The notes under the pieces were generated by a model. The model had not been told where the DNA came from. It was given only the letters and a program-made list of their open reading frames with translations, and did no database searches. The position numbers and the translations under genes are program-made. This document shows, one piece after another, positions 1 to 12,996 of a stretch of DNA of 64,000 nt. The stretch spans positions 6,510,001 to 6,574,000 of the forward strand of contig CM119386.1 in the NCBI GenBank assembly GCA_051294905.1, written 5' to 3'. Every line of letters starts with the position of its first letter. Positions within the stretch are counted from its first letter, which is position 1. Origin of the DNA: Botryllus schlosseri. Its lineage: Eukaryota.

Positions 1-826
1 TAAATCTTCTGTAACCGGACCATGGTCGTTGAGAAAATCATCTAAATCCGTAGCGTGAGGTATACGCTCCATCACGAGCACGTAGAATCCATTCTCGCGG
101 TACCAGTCTAACATCTGGATGACTCCTGAAAAGTAATTAAAATCAATCTAAGAAAACACAGTTGAAATCCATTCCTGGACCGGTTATTCGTATACTAACC
201 TGATCTCCCGGATGTTGACAGCATGTGAAGAATCAAAAACTCGACGGGCACATAGAAGCCATTCAACATGGCCCATCTATTCACCGTATCTTTCCGAATA
301 TATTTCAGAGCTACTTGGTGTTTGTCGGTTACCCGTATTCCTGTTGGAAAATAATTGCTACGTTAACAAGAAGTTTTGGACGAAGATATTTTTGTTACTG
401 GCGTCGCTTCAGCTGCCGTCATAGTTGAATATTAGGTGTCGGATTGTATATACGGTGGTCGCAGTGATCTCTGCTATCAATATATTCGATTCCTTATGCA
501 TGTTGGTGGCAGTGATATAGAATCAGAAATGTACACTTTGGAATGTTACGAAAGATTGCACACTAAAGTTAAATTTAGAGAAGCGTGTTGTCGAAATTGC
601 AGCGACCACACAAGGTACCATGTTGTACGTATATTCATAAATATTTCAACTTACCCGAGTAAACAGTGCCACCACCCCCAATTCCAATTATGTCACGAAT
701 GACATACAATCCTCTCCCGGGCGCTACCATTTCGGGTACCTTCTGTCGATAATGAATGGTGCTACTTGCGGGATTGTCGAGGCTATGGCACCTCCTTCCG
801 GCAACTGGAACAAATTCTTCTGCCAT
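1..826 (-). CDS. Pim-like kinase copy A (short-N-terminus type), 5' part; exons 826-655, 340-200, 125-<1; runs off the window
   Basis: Spliced translation is open: MAEEF...IGIGGGGTVYSG|IRVTDKHQVALKYIRK...VPVEFLIL...|GVIQMLDWY...LVMERIPHATDLDDFL. GT-AG introns at 654-341 and 199-126. Exon sizes 172 and 141 bp equal those of copy G. Confidence 0.85.
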
Positions 827-3800
827 TGTTGTCGTATATGTTTTGGATATGAATCACTAAGTCTTTACAAATTTATAGACGATTACGCGTATCTGAAATT
901 AAAAATACAAAATCGTTATGTACTCCGCAGTTGCCTGTTTGTATCCACTAAATATAAAAGAAATCACGCCAGGTCAGAGGCCTGCTTGAAGTAAGGAAAG
1001 AGATATCGCCATGAACTCCTGTGGACATTGAGATATATAGTAAATCGAGCACACATATGATTGAAAATCCAACTCGTCCTAACATACAAATTGTCATTTC
1101 ACAACCTTGTGTCAGCACTGATCCTCGCAACCATATTTCTCAATTATAACCTGTACTTGCTGGACCTTCTTCGACGTAAATTTAAAATAGTTGGATAGTA
1201 AGGCTCTTCGTCTTCTCCATACCCACGCGTTTTGGAAATAAAGTCATCTGAACTGTGGAGCATGATTTATGTAAAGCTACTCATTATGGAAAACGATTTG
1301 TGATCTTTCTTCGGAGTCATTTACCCTTACAGCTCTCCAATTACGATCTCTTAATAGCCTAAATAGAACAATTGAACATGATGGGTTTGTACGGCTCTTC
1401 TCCTATCGCTGATAACCAGATTAGGCTAATGCAGTTTTCCCGTGAGTTCTATAAACGACTAATTGGAGATGTTTGATAACATCACAATAGAATAAGCGAT
1501 TACCAGAAATGACAGGTCGTCGTTAATTGCGCCAATATAGCTCGATGTATATTCGAGATTAAGCTCTCAAACCGTGGTATAGAAATTGAGCTCATCAATT
1601 AGGTAGCGATAAGAAATGAAATGAAGAAACTCAGCAAATAAACACCGAAAATTTGAAATACATATATTTCCGATATGAAAAAGGTTTACAAATATTTTAT
1701 GATATTTTATAATAGTATAGCGTCAAATAGGTTTTCGTACTGGAATTTGTGACTGACTTATAGCGTCAATGGAGCGGTAACCTTATTCAAGACTTGAACT
1801 GGGGTTTTAAAAATTCATATTCAGATCCCATTTCCTCTGCCTAGGCTGTGATGATCAGTTCGATACACCATCGCCGGCAACATGAAGGCCTCAGACGCAC
1901 CAACCAGAATTCGCGACATCATCAAACAGGGAACAAAAACACGGCATCGCTTTTTGAAATGGAGCTCTACATCGATGATGGCGATTGAGTGTCGGTCGAT
2001 GTGAAGGGATTTCTCTTGTGATATTCACGGAATCTCTTACTAATATATCCAGCATTGTATACCTTGTATATTAATTACGGTAGATATCACGCCAGGACTC
2101 GAATGAATATCTGCGGTTCTGACATAAGCGCTAAGTTGAAAACCACTACAAAAGACACTACTTCGCTATCGCCATTCTCCAATTTGCGTTTCATAACCCG
2201 ACGGAGTGGGATTGGATCACCCACAAAAGCGCATTAGGCAAGATGCTGCTCATTCAGAACACAGCTTAAAATTACTTGTTGTGAATGAATGAATTAGTTT
2301 ATGAACGAATATTATTTCATCGCGCCTTAATTCAATGCTAACAAATGTGGTGTGTAAGAAAATGCTACGACAGTGGTTTGCAAACGTTATGCACTGAACA
2401 TTTCTTGATCCCATATCCAAAATATGATTTCCATCGTAGTTTCCTTGTTGCTAAATGCGCTGAATTGAATGTTGATTTCTACCTGAAAATTCTCCTCACC
2501 GAGGTCCAAATTATCCCTTTCACTATCGAATTTGTGTTGTCCTGCAACCTTCATTAGTGAATGACTTTTTTTCCACAGCTACGACATTTCCGTTCTCTGG
2601 CCTTGATATTTTTTTCGTTTTGCTATTTTTCAATAATATTTCATCTATCCACTATATACGCCATCATTGACTGCTTTTCATTTGTTCTTACGCCATTATT
2701 GACCGTGGTGCAAAAATCACAAGAGGGATAAGCGGCAATTTTTCTTTTAATAAAAAGCAACACCAAACGTTATACAGCACGACCACATTTACGCTTCCTT
2801 AACATTTTGCGACCGAACGAGATGCACTTTTATGTTAGCGTACAGACAGCCAGTCGTAGAACGTTACACAGTACTATGAAATATTAAATAATAAAGTCAA
2901 ATGATTGACTTCGCTGAAATGTCCTTGCACATCAGTACTTTTCACCCTTTTCTAGCCATGGACTCATAGCGCGGAATTTTGAATTTCCAGGACTCCTTAA
3001 TGATTGAAGTCAGCGCTGACCAATGATCTTAAAAAACATGATTTTGCATAGCTTGTCATAGTTTCTAGACGCCATTTCCATTGCCATTTAGCGGGATTAT
3101 ATTTTCCCAGTTACTTTGGATAGTCCATACATCGAGTAATCGTCGTAGCCAGGATCTGCTACCTACTTTTTACTCGTTTAAACATTGCTGTGCCCGAACC
3201 ATAATCATAACCATAGTCTGGTTTTCTAATATTACGATATTTACGGTACGATAATCAAGTACACGCAATATGTGTCTCGAAATGGGCAACTATTTGTTCT
3301 CAACCTTACGTCAGTTTTAAAACTATGATTTAATATGAATAGCGAGGAGATAGATCTCTTGAGGATAAATCACCAATTTGATCCGAGCACTTGTGAGGGC
3401 AGAAGCAACTAATGTAGCTCTCTGATGCCTTGAATTCGGCCCCGGAATCGGACATTTGTACTCACATAATATAGTACTATAGTTGTGGCGACATGATGTT
3501 CATTTTTGAAGCATCAGGGTTGTGCACAGGTAACCCTCATTTCTGATTAGTATGAGAAATAATCTTGGATTGTCACTCCTGTCAATTACGCAATATAGAT
3601 GCGAGTCTTGCTATGGGATTATACCTTTTATCAGCCATTGCAAGTTACCTTATCGCGATGCAATTAGATTTCTGAGAATCTTAACGACGTCATTATCGTT
3701 ACTCTCATTAGGTCATCACATAATCCTTTGGGGTAAGTAGAAGCGACCATACAATGAGCCCGGCGATTCGACATGAACGGAAATTTGAATATACCTGCAC

Positions 3801-3925
3801 GTAACCGCCATGACTATAAGATTCCATTTTTTCACCTACCTACGTGGAACAACGTCTGTAAGACATATCGAATGAGGCAAAGTTGGACAGTTTATGGATA
3901 GCGTTATTCTGTAATTCATCTACCA

Positions 3926-4647
3926 CAGGGCTGGCCAACCTTTTTGGCCTACGGGCCACATTTGATTGACGAACGTTTGCGAGGGCCACTAACCGCGCCA
4001 AGCGCGAAATTTTTTTGAAGTTCATAGGTCAATAATATTGTCACTTGACTGTATTGCGGGCCTGCTGTATATCGCTGGGCTAAGTTTGCAAGGATTGGGC
4101 TATTCGGCGCATGGACGTATCGATATCGAAAGCTGTGACCAAGATGCACCAATCATTTCCTGCCTAGGTTATATGGTCGACGGTCTTACTGCGAGCGTAA
4201 ACGCAAGGTCGCATATGTTGAACGACACTTTGTCTCGTATTCGCGAATATAGTTAGACTCAATCTGATACATTAGGTGTTCTTCCATTTTCACAAAAGGG
4301 CAACAATATCATAAACAAGAATTCGAGTGACAACATATTGCGCTAAGCTTGTAGAAATTTTTTTTTTGATAAATCTATCGCAAATTATTCTGCTTTATTG
4401 TTGTGTACGAAGATATACCAATATGTGAATGGCTGATGGATCTGTCAATGCGTCGGAACTGATATTCTAGTCATCACATCTCAAGTATTGCGGCCAGACT
4501 AATCAAATTTTTGGTTGGCCTTGCAAGCTCAAAATCTGTGCAATCCATTTTTGATAATATTCGAAATTTCAGAACTTACCTCGCGGGCCACTCAAAACCT
4601 TCTCGAGGGCCACATGTGGCCTGCGGGCCACGGGTTGGCCGGCCCTG
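3926..4647. mobile_element. 722-bp non-autonomous hAT (Buster/Charlie-type) MITE
   Basis: TIRs CAGGGCTGGCCAACC / GGTTGGCCGGCCCTG. 8-bp TSD ATCTACCA at 3918-3925 and 4648-4655. Absent from the paralogous site near 24725. Confidence 0.9.
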
Positions 4648-4771
4648 ATCTACCATATCCATTTCAGATACACCACTCGTTATTGCACATCGAATACCGT
4701 CCCTCACGAAGGCATCAATAGATTTTTAATTGATATATAACGCCTATTCAACAAGATATACACCGGTCAAT

Positions 4772-7263
4772 ATGCCAGGAGAATTGGAACAGGAATCAGG
4801 GGTGCCGAGTTGCGTCTACGACGTGAACGATTGCGAATGGCCATATTCGGTAAATTCAAATACAACAACAACTACTAAACTTTCTGACGACAGCGTTGAA
4901 AACGAGTGACCATTTTCGGCAAATTCAAATGCAACAGCACCCAAACTTTCTGACTACTGTGTTGAAATGGAATGACCATTTTCGGTTGATTCGATTGCAA
5001 CAGTATCTAAACGTTCCGATTATCTTATTCACTGTATCGACCACCAATTTTACGAGGAGGAAGTTCCGTACCAAACGAAGTCTCAAAATTCTGCTTCGGA
5101 CTCTTCGTTAGCTACAGATGACTTCTCCGTGTCTAGTAACGATACAACACATCCATCGCCAAAAAAGAAGTGAATAAACAATCTAAGCTGGAAATGTGGT
5201 TCCTCGGAAATATGAAAAGCATCGCCACTGATAAACAGCAACTTCCATGCGACATCGCCATAGAAGCAACATCGAAATGAGTTCGTTGAAGCAGGATGTA
5301 AATCGCGACAAGCAAGTAAACCACCATAATATGCAACATAATATACGAAGAGGATTGGAATCAATCTCATGTGTCACCGGCAACCATGTATGACGTCCAC
5401 CAAAGAATAGGAGCCGGAGGTGAAGGAACGTTTTACTCCGGTAACTTGCATGGATTTCCTTTTATTCTTGAAGCTCAGTGCGTGATGCGAGTGAATGTAC
5501 ATTATTACTGAACAATCAGAATACTTCAAATTTACTGAATGCTAGACTTGCACATTTCGTATCACTGTTTGCGGATTTCGCAAATTGATTACAATTTTCG
5601 TTTGCAAAGTGACGTTACACGTGAATTTCTGCCGTTGTTTGGCGACTTGCGATGTCATACTAGATTACAACGCTATATGATAGGAGGTATCTTGCTGCAG
5701 TGCTTGCTGAAGTGGTTAACAAATACGCATCGAAGCAGTTTTAATAACATATTGGAAGGTGTGTCTATAGTAAGAATTAGGCAAGGTGTTGGTTGGTTCG
5801 ATGAGTGGAAAATGGTGCAACGACTATTTACGAGGTCATTTCGCACCACGACTCAAGAGCGCCTCTTGTTAAAGAATTAGATGTTCCGTCCCGTGGCATT
5901 ATGAACTCCACTAGTTTTCGACATGAGCAATAAGGTGATATTTTATTGTTTTCACGGTCCATTGTGTGATGAAACAGAATAATCGACGTCTCCAAACCCA
6001 TAATCTAACTTGCAAGTTCTTCATAAGATTTGTTTTCTTCGCAGTAACCCGAATTTGTGACGACCTAAAGGATGCATTGAAGTACCTATCTATAAAGAGA
6101 ACATAAAAAGATATGGACTTGTGAATGGGTGTCAAGTCCCCATTGAATTTGATCTTTTACATAGAGGTTCGGGTCACTCAGGTTTGTAAATGCGACGCAT
6201 ATGGGGCAGCTTTTGAATTGCATTGCTAATTTACCGGTTATCAATACAGGTGTTATCAAGATGGTCGATTGGTACGAGGACAGCGACTCGTACGTACTGG
6301 TTATGAAACGGCAGATCGGAATGGTCGATCTGTGGGAAGCTGGGAACTATCGTGCGATTATGAGCGGTTCTCGGAAAGCGTGGCGCGATCTATCTTCAAG
6401 CAGCTGGCAACGGCCATAATGCACTTTCATAACAATGTCGTCGTTCATCGCGATATCAAACTCGACAATGTCCTAGTGAATCCAGCCACGTTTCAAATAA
6501 AGCTTATCGAATTTGGGTGCGGTATCAAATTACCGGTATGTTTTTGCCACGGCATTTTCATTTAGTCGTGACTAAGAGTAAAGCTTGATTGTATTTCTGA
6601 TCTATACATATGATACACTCATAGTAATTTATCGTGAACTAAAGGCATTTCTCGTTAGCACCCCCAATACCAATTTTAACCGAATGTCCGCCACTATGTA
6701 AGTTTACTACACGGACACAGCTGGTCGTCAAAGTAGCCAGCATTGATACTCTAGTACAGTGGTTCTCTAACTTATGCAAGTAGAAGTGCAATTATAGTCC
6801 ACAACCATAAGTAATTGAGTGATAAGTCCAAGTAAATACAAACGCAACTGGGTAGGCCTATATTACAAAAAAGTAGAAGTATATCCTACGTCATTACCGA
6901 CCACCTCCGTACAGTCTATACGTGAAGATCAGATTCGATGTATACTGTAACGACATATATTCAATAACAGAACTCTCTTACGAAGTTTGCCGGCATGCGA
7001 TTGTTCTACCCGCCGGAATGGTTCACAGATCGTCGTTACTACGGCAAGCGCAACGGTGTTTGGTGCCCAGGAATTATACTCTACGCGATGGATGTAGGTC
7101 GACCACTGTTAGCGACATCGTGAAGTGCAAGCCTAGTCTGCGGTACGGCAAACAAATGTCAAAAACCTACATGCACCTCATCAGCTGGATGTTGCGTAAG
7201 GACCAGGACAAGCGACCTACCCTGAAAGCAGTTCTGGCACATCGTTGCATCCACGCAGAATGA
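4772..7263 (+). pseudogene. Pim-like kinase pseudogene B (long-N-terminus type); exons 4772-5440, 6045-6181, 6250-6535, 6972-7263
   Basis: Same 4-exon layout as intact copy C. In-frame TGA stops in exon 1, +2 nt in exon 2 (137 vs 135), +8 nt in exon 3 (286 vs 278), DFG->EFG, deletion in exon 4. Confidence 0.9.
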
Positions 7264-7566
7264 TCACATCGCTGCATGATAATGTGTATAATTATTTTAC
7301 GCGTTTGGATGTTTTTAAAGTTCTAGATCCAAACGTAAATCACTATGCGAATACAGATCCCGGCATTTTCGACTTCATATTGTCAGAGGCGTTCTCACAT
7401 GGAGGTTCAACGATCTATTCATATCTTCATTGCCTATGACTGAACGAGTGTAATCTATCCGAAATTAATAACGGATCTCCTATTTGTTTACAGGGTTCTT
7501 GTAACGGTTGAACTATGTGTTTCTCGCAGTTTCATATGTTGCAAGTTTTATTTCAATTTCTATCCT

Positions 7567-7572
7567 AATAAA
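7567..7572 (+). terminator. Putative polyadenylation signal AATAAA of copy B (conserved at 17890-17895 for C and 27620-27625 for D)
   Basis: AATAAA ~300 nt after the stop codon, at the homologous position in three paralogs. Confidence 0.55.
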
Positions 7573-10500
7573 ATTATTGACGAAATCGCCATATCTGTGT
7601 GAATTGATATATGCAGTCAGCATCCATTCTCTCCACACATTCCTCGGTTGAGATCCATATGGTATTGCCGAGCAGGGTTGTAGATTTCATCGCTAAAGGT
7701 ATACCTCGGCACTGTGTCGACAAACTATCGGGATTATTAATTTGAGGCATATATTATATGACACAATGTAAGAGTAAACGTATTTAATTCATCTTCTTAT
7801 ACTAAATACGCATTTTACATCCAGTTATTCCTGGTAGTGTTTTCATTCTAAGAAAGCGGCATCACCCTTATTCGGAAAATCGGCGCCGAAGCAGACAGAC
7901 CAGCATATTTTTAATTGAACTCGACAGAGGTGCAACATAAGTAGAACTTCAACAATAATTACGCATTAATTACAAATTTAATTTTCATCAAGGCAATGGA
8001 ACCACCCCGTTAGCCTTCAAAGTCTGAAAATTGGCACTGCTCTAAAGAATCGCAACGACGCAGCACAATGACCATAACAACAAATCCACAATTTTTTTCC
8101 TAAATTGACAACAAGCTACAATTTGTCACCTCAGCCGATACTTGCTGTCAGTCTACCGTTGAAACTTGGAGGCGCTTCTTTTGTAGAGCAAATCCACTTT
8201 TGCGTATTATTCACTATCTCATGCGTTTTAGAAATGGAACGTCTTCTCCCCTACGACGCTTCTTTTATACGTGGCTTCATATCCTGGAAAATGAATTGAG
8301 ATAACTTTAGTAGATAAGGTGTTCATTTGGTTGTCTGCAGCGTCCCGACCGATTCAATTGAATAATTGAAGGCCGTGGTTTTGCGATGCTGTTCCCCCAC
8401 CCTTGATAACCAATTAGGCCGCAATAAGCTTTCCCGCGACTTTACTGAGCAAATAATTTGAGCTGTGCAACAATATTACTATTAGATAAGTGATTATCGC
8501 AGGACGTGGAAATTTGTAAAAATATAGCGAGGTGAATATTCGAGAATGAACTCATAAACTGTATAGGAGACATCCAGGCTGCGTTCAGCAATTGAGTGAA
8601 TTGGCCGCGATAAGCAAGTTCCAGAATAAATTTCTATTACAATCCAATTTTCTTCGAAACACTATGTGATGCTAAATGGCACGGCAACATAAACCTGATC
8701 TATGAGCGAATCAAAATACCTGTTTGAAGCTATAGGTCGGCAGGGGACGCTGAATTCGTGATAATTAGCAAGCGGGGAAAAACATGGTGGGGATTTTGAA
8801 ATGGAGATACATCGTCGTTAGCGAATGCATGGCGGTTAATCTGACTTATATTCTCCTGTGATATTCGCAAAGTCTCTGGCCACTATATCAATCAGTAGAT
8901 ATCATGGATTCTTGGCCAGGTCTATAATGACCAATGACCGATTGAGAAATCGAAACAATAGCAATATGCTACTATACATATGAGTGACTGGTTGCTGAGT
9001 GGGAATGACATATCAATGGATTGTACTTACTTCCAATGCAGATCGAATGTATCCAACCACAGATTATACATAATAATAACATCCGATTAGACAATTACGC
9101 TAAATTTCAATATAATTCTTACTGAGGGGCTTACAGACTAGAGCAGTGGTTCATGGAACACTCATAATATCCTTACTTCAAAGACTTTTCTCTATAATAG
9201 ACCGGTAGTATAGCTGTATGGATAGGATAGCTGAGTGTTGGAAATAATATTTTTGTTATATTTATGAGATAATTATGACAACTTGGGTGTATTCTCAATT
9301 TTTTTACTGTGGGTCGTAGGACAAGGTGGATGAACACGAACTGAATATACAATGTGACATCATAATGCTAATTTCAACAGAAATTGCTTTTTGGTTGTCT
9401 GTCTGTGATCCTATCTGTAAAAATATTTGCTGGAGAGATAGTATTTCACCTTGCTTGGTGTTGTTAGAATTTTGGGTATACAATCATTACTTTGGAAAAT
9501 CCGGCAACTCTATGAACTCGACTGCAACTTTACTTAGTTTAGTTCAGGGGCCAAGAATGTGTTGCATGTCGTATAATGATTGCATGTCGTATAATGATCG
9601 TCACATGTAATTTTCGTCTTGGCTACGACTATTATCCGACACATGGGCCGGCTCAGAATTCGTGACATCATCAAACAGGGAATAAAAACATGGCAGTGCT
9701 TAATGGAATCGAACTAAATCATTGCTAGCGATTGCGTGTCGGCTGATCTGACGGGATTTCTGTTGTGATATTCACGAGATCTCTTGTCAATACATCGATC
9801 ACTAAAAATCCTGGCACGTTTTGTATTTCAATTAGGGCCTATATCAAGCGCAGAACTAAAATGAATACCTGTAGTTTTGACATGGGCGCAGAGTGGAAAG
9901 CACTACAAACGACCCGCCGTCGGCGTCCCCATTTTAAAATTTGCGTTTCACAACCCGACTGCTGTAGGATCACACACAAGAGCGCAAGCATACTGCCGCT
10001 CGTTGGGGAACACTGCCGAAATTGACTTATTGCAATGAATAAGTTTATACCCGAATATCAATTGATCATACGTGCGTTCAATACTATCAAATGCGCTATG
10101 ATACAAACCCCATAACAGTGGTTTCCAACTTTCGTTACCAATTCCCCTGGAAAGCACGAAAAAGTACCAAACAGTTGGCTTTATATTCTATCAGCTCGTC
10201 ATGAGACTCACAGATGTCAAAAAGGGGGCCGTAACTGAAAGAGCGCAACTCGAGTGATTTTCACTCTTTTTCAGTATCAGAGTTGCGTTGGAAGGCTCAA
10301 ACTATCTGTGAGCCCAATGGAATATGGAAGGTGATGCGTTTGCGCTGCTGTTTCCCTATCTTTGATAACAAGATTAGGCCCGCATGTGGTCTAACACAAA
10401 TAATAATTTGAGTTGTACGATACCTATGAAACGACTGCTTGTCACAAATCAGAGGATGTGGTCAATTGCGACAGGACGGCTTGCTGTATTCCCGAGAATA

Positions 10501-12996
10501 AAATATATTTTGTGAATTCATTTCTGCCGTGCAACAGGTATATAATATATATTTTGAATAGCATCACTGGTAGCACTATAATTCGTTGTGACTTTGCAAC
10601 CTCTGTAAAGCTGTAACTTCGTTCTTGACCTTAATTTTTTATATTTCCATTCCAATCCAAGTTTAGTCAAGACACGCTGCGATGCCTAGCTCGATGTACT
10701 TTAGATGGCAACTTGAAACTGATGAATAATCGAATATAAAGACTTGTTTGGAGTTATAGGATTGGAATGAATATTTGTAATTTTGATATAAGGGCAGAGT
10801 TGAAGCACTACAAACGGAGCGCCTTTGCTGTCCCCATTTCAAAATTGCGTTTCAAGACCCGACGGCGCTGGGATCACACACAAGAAGGCAAGCATGATGC
10901 CGCTCATTAGGAAACACCGCCGAAAATTACTTATTGCAATGAAAAAGTATATGCCCGATCACCAATTGATCAATGATCATACGGGCGTTCAATACCAACA
11001 AATGCGCTATGTTTCAAAAGCCCATAACAGTGGTTTCCTAACTTTCGTTACCCATTCCCCAGAAAAGCACGCGAAAGTACCAAACCCTTGGCTTTTGTAT
11101 CAGCTTGTCATGAGACTCGCAGATATGAAAAACGAGTGATCCTAACTGAAAGATCGCAACTCAGTGGTTTTCGCACTTTTTCAGTATCAGAGATACGTTG
11201 GAAGACTCAACTATATGCGAGCCAAATCGCGGGAATGCAGAAGCAAATTCTGGTTGATAAAGCAACGTATCAGAGGGGATTGCGTTCATCCTCCTTAAAG
11301 CAGTGACGGTCACGATGACACAGTTCTAAAATTCACCATAGCTCACTCAGTAATTACTATAGCGGGGCATGTGGACCCGGATTGGAGTCGGACAGATAAT
11401 TTTACGTAAGTTGCAATACCAATTATATACTTATTTCAGTCAAATTGAGTTTATCAAAAGATATTCAATCACGAAATTTGCAGGGTATTATTACTTTGGG
11501 ATGACTCCCCAATCGTCTTCTGAAATTTGTCGCATACTTTAGAAGAACTGTTGCGACAAGTCGTAATGATAAAAGGGTTTTACATGGATTTTCACAGTTG
11601 GTAGATGACATTTTCATATTGTTCCATTGATGCTATTCTTTTCCTCAACGACTTTGGAAAGTCCGTGCACCGAGTTAGAGTCGCTGCCAAGATGAAAATC
11701 ACATCTGTCCACCATTATACAAATTGCAATATTGTTGACCCCGAAATAAACGAAGTAAAGTTACAGTCGAGTTCAGAGATCCCCGACTTTCCCAAATTGC
11801 ATGACATTGTTGTGCCAATGTCAATTCAAGCGTATCTACTAACAGTCAATATACATACAATGTGTGTTTCAAAGATGGGCAACTATTTGTCCCCAAGCTT
11901 ACGTTCGATTGATAACAAACTTTGGTTTGATTTGTATCGCGGAGAGATTTCTTGACTTTAAACTCGACTCCGGAATGGGAGACTTGCTGTCGGGCTTATA
12001 ATTCTAAAATCTCCTCGAATCTAGAGGTATGATGGGGTCCGGTAAGAGTTGTTACGGCAGAATATACTTTTTTAGAGTATCAGAATTGTCCTCGTGAAAC
12101 CTCTTAATAAGATTAGAAATAACTTTGGTTGTCACACGTAGCCTACCGTCGACACAAGTAGAGTAACGGAGGTATACGAATTTCGTCATTTCAATCAGGA
12201 ATACAATGCGAGTCTTTTTATGGGATTATAGCTTTTATCAGCCGTTGCTAGTAACCTTATCGTGATGCAATTAGATTTCTGACAATCTTGACGACGGTAT
12301 ATTATCGTTACTCTCATTAGGTCATTCTATAATCCTTCAGGGTAGACGTAGACGCGACCACAACGAACCCCGCAAGCCGACATGAAAGGTATAGTTTGAA
12401 TATACAGGACGCATCAAGTCCTTGGATAGCTTTGACCAGAAGATTCCATTTTTTCCCGAACGAACGTGGAGCAAGGCGTGTTTGACATAGCGTGTCAAAT
12501 AGTAGACATTGGTAGCTGGAATCGTATGTGGACTAGGAAGAGCTAATGGTCTGTCAGGATTGCGCGTTTGGCTCTGTGTCACCGTGCCGCGTGTAATCGA
12601 GGTTGTCGTGTTTCGCAATTAGCGTCCAAACGGTATATCGTATAGGAGTGCTGTTTTATAAACGTTTTCGTACTAAACTATATATTCAAGATGTAGAATT
12701 GAAGGATTCGAAAAAAATGGAAATAATTGCAGCGATATACCTGAGACAAAACCATCTGGCTAAAAAGCCGCCGGTAATGGAATTTATATTGAGTATGGCA
12801 TTTAGTTATGTTCAAACCCATATTGAATGAGGCACACGAGGACAGTTTATGGTTACCGTGTTTCTGTAATTCATCGTCCATATTTCTTTCAGATATACAC
12901 TTATTTGGTATCGAATATCATTCTTACAAGGGCATCAAGTGACTTGTAATTATTTATCCAAATCGTTTCTTCATCACACGATACACATCAGTCAAT

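Larger units (their letters stand above)
1380..7975 (+). repeat. Segmental duplication unit 1 (upstream spacer plus Pim pseudogene B); paralog at ~22214-28017
   Basis: Colinear near-identity by eye from tgggtttgtacggc (1382/22215) to agtagaacttcaac...attaattac (~7940-7975 / ~27995-28017). Confidence 0.9.

Noticed and set aside
6757-6915. AGTA-rich decayed MITE in intron 3 of B, C and D (similar patches at ~49300-49460 and ~55940-56580)
   Set aside because: Probably an old hAT MITE, but its termini and TSD could not be fixed, so it is not listed as a feature.
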